This document shows, piece by piece, positions 63,549 through 64,000 of a stretch of DNA of 64,000 nucleotides (the stretch's first letter is position 1; each line of letters opens with the position of its first letter). The notes beneath the pieces were generated by a model. The model was not told the DNA's origin. It saw only the letters and a program-made list of their open reading frames with translations, and did no database searches. Origin of the DNA: Ramazzottius varieornatus (lineage: Eukaryota > Animalia > Tardigrada); the NCBI GenBank assembly GCA_001949185.1, contig BDGG01000009.1, forward strand, positions 981,624-1,045,623. Reading direction: 5' to 3'. The position numbers and the translations under genes were made by a program.

Positions 63549-63667
63549 GGGAACCCGAAAAACTCGGCCAAATCGTTTTCCGAAGTGGCGCAGGCTTCTA
63601 GTGAATATTTTCGAGAGCGTGCGCCACTTGGGGAAACAGTCTGGTCGACTTCGTCTGCCGAGCTCCC
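63549..63667. repeat. Family A monomer (one hairpin), complete ends
   Basis: GGGAACCC...AAGTGGCGCA(63583-63592)-27 nt-TGCGCCACTT...GAGCTCCC. Confidence 0.9.
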
Positions 63668-64000
63668 ATGCTATGAGGTTTCCAGAAGTATGCATGTGGA
63701 TACTCGGAACCAAGAAGTCTGGCTTGTGCTAGGCTTCGTTTTCTTTGCTTCACAGTTTTCCATACTTGAAAGAAAACACCGCAAGAATTTGTGATGCAGT
63801 TATGGCCTTTCGTTCTCCAGTCACTCGTTTTGATTGTGAACTTGTGCAGAAGTATCAAATGTCAAAGCACATTCAGCTGGTCATCAGCGATCATTCAGAG
63901 TTATGTGGTAGTTATGCAGTTGTGATATTGACCGGTCAACTGCTTGACTGCGCTGAGCATTTTCCAGTAAGCTGCATAACACTTCTTGGTTCCATTGTAT

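Larger units (their letters stand above)
1930..63667. repeat. Dispersed modular palindromic element, family A (~47 copies). Approximate starts in kb: 1.93, 3.00, 4.86, 5.69, 7.19, 8.02, 9.58, 10.81, 11.74, 14.35, 15.70, 18.64, 20.37, 20.88, 22.84, 23.51, 24.52, 26.45, 27.96, 28.81, 29.99, 30.83, 32.62, 34.85, 35.60, 36.49, 37.55, 38.36, 40.23, 42.17, 42.95, 44.51, 45.24, 45.61, 48.14, 49.74, 51.41, 52.78, 53.70, 54.88, 55.28, 55.98, 56.76, 58.46, 60.41, 62.76, 63.55
   Basis: Recurring TTTTCCCAAGTGGCGCA-N27-TGCGCCACTTGGGAAAA. By-eye monomer consensus (~123 bp): GGGAGCTCGGCAAACAAACTCGACCAGATCGTTTTCCCAAGTGGCGCA CGCTTCCAGCCAATAACACTGAAAACG TGCGCCACTTGGGAAAACGATCTGGTCGAGTTTGTTTGCCGAGCTCCC. Confidence 0.95.

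Noticed and set aside
1930-63667. Family A/B repeat-spacer units as a CRISPR array or integron attC cassettes
   Set aside because: The repeats are inverted pairs, not direct repeats. Family A spacers derive from one consensus, arrays have at most about 3 units, there are no cas or integrase genes, and the context is spliceosomal-intron eukaryotic DNA.
2991-63858. Many short ORFs sharing PKWRT / VRHLGK / SQVAH / CATWE / APLGK peptides, resembling a peptide family
   Set aside because: These are the six-frame translations of the family A palindrome, not genes.

Overview
This is eukaryotic (bilaterian invertebrate) genomic DNA from a compact genome with short GT-AG introns. A tardigrade-like source is plausible but is only an inference. 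Seven spliced protein-coding genes can be reconstructed with consistent phases: (1) a strongly reduced Schnurri/HIVEP zinc-finger gene (13.5-19.2 kb, +); (2) an uncharacterised Ser-rich/coiled-coil gene (31.5-33.7 kb, +); then a tight cluster of (3) a domesticated pogo/CENP-B-like HTH gene, (4) a divergent double-bromodomain BET gene, (5) radial spoke protein 3 and (6) a GTSF1/Asterix-like CHHC gene (35.3-46.0 kb); and (7) Zic/odd-paired (58.2-61.9 kb, +). Several hAT-type MITEs, a hAT transposase relic and a 364-bp foldback palindrome are also present. The most striking signal is non-coding. About 47 copies of a modular palindromic element, built on AAGTGGCGCA-N27-TGCGCCACTT hairpins in 1-3 units with ~81-85 bp period, are spread quasi-regularly across the window (about one per 1.3 kb) and never lie in coding exons. 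The arms and spacer length are conserved while the spacer sequence drifts and flips orientation. A second, unrelated family with the same grammar (ACCTGCATAC-N29/30-GTATGCAGGT) is confined to the schnurri locus. Every modelled intron over ~200 nt carries one of these hairpin elements. All gene models and copy counts were made by eye and need RNA-seq or computational confirmation.
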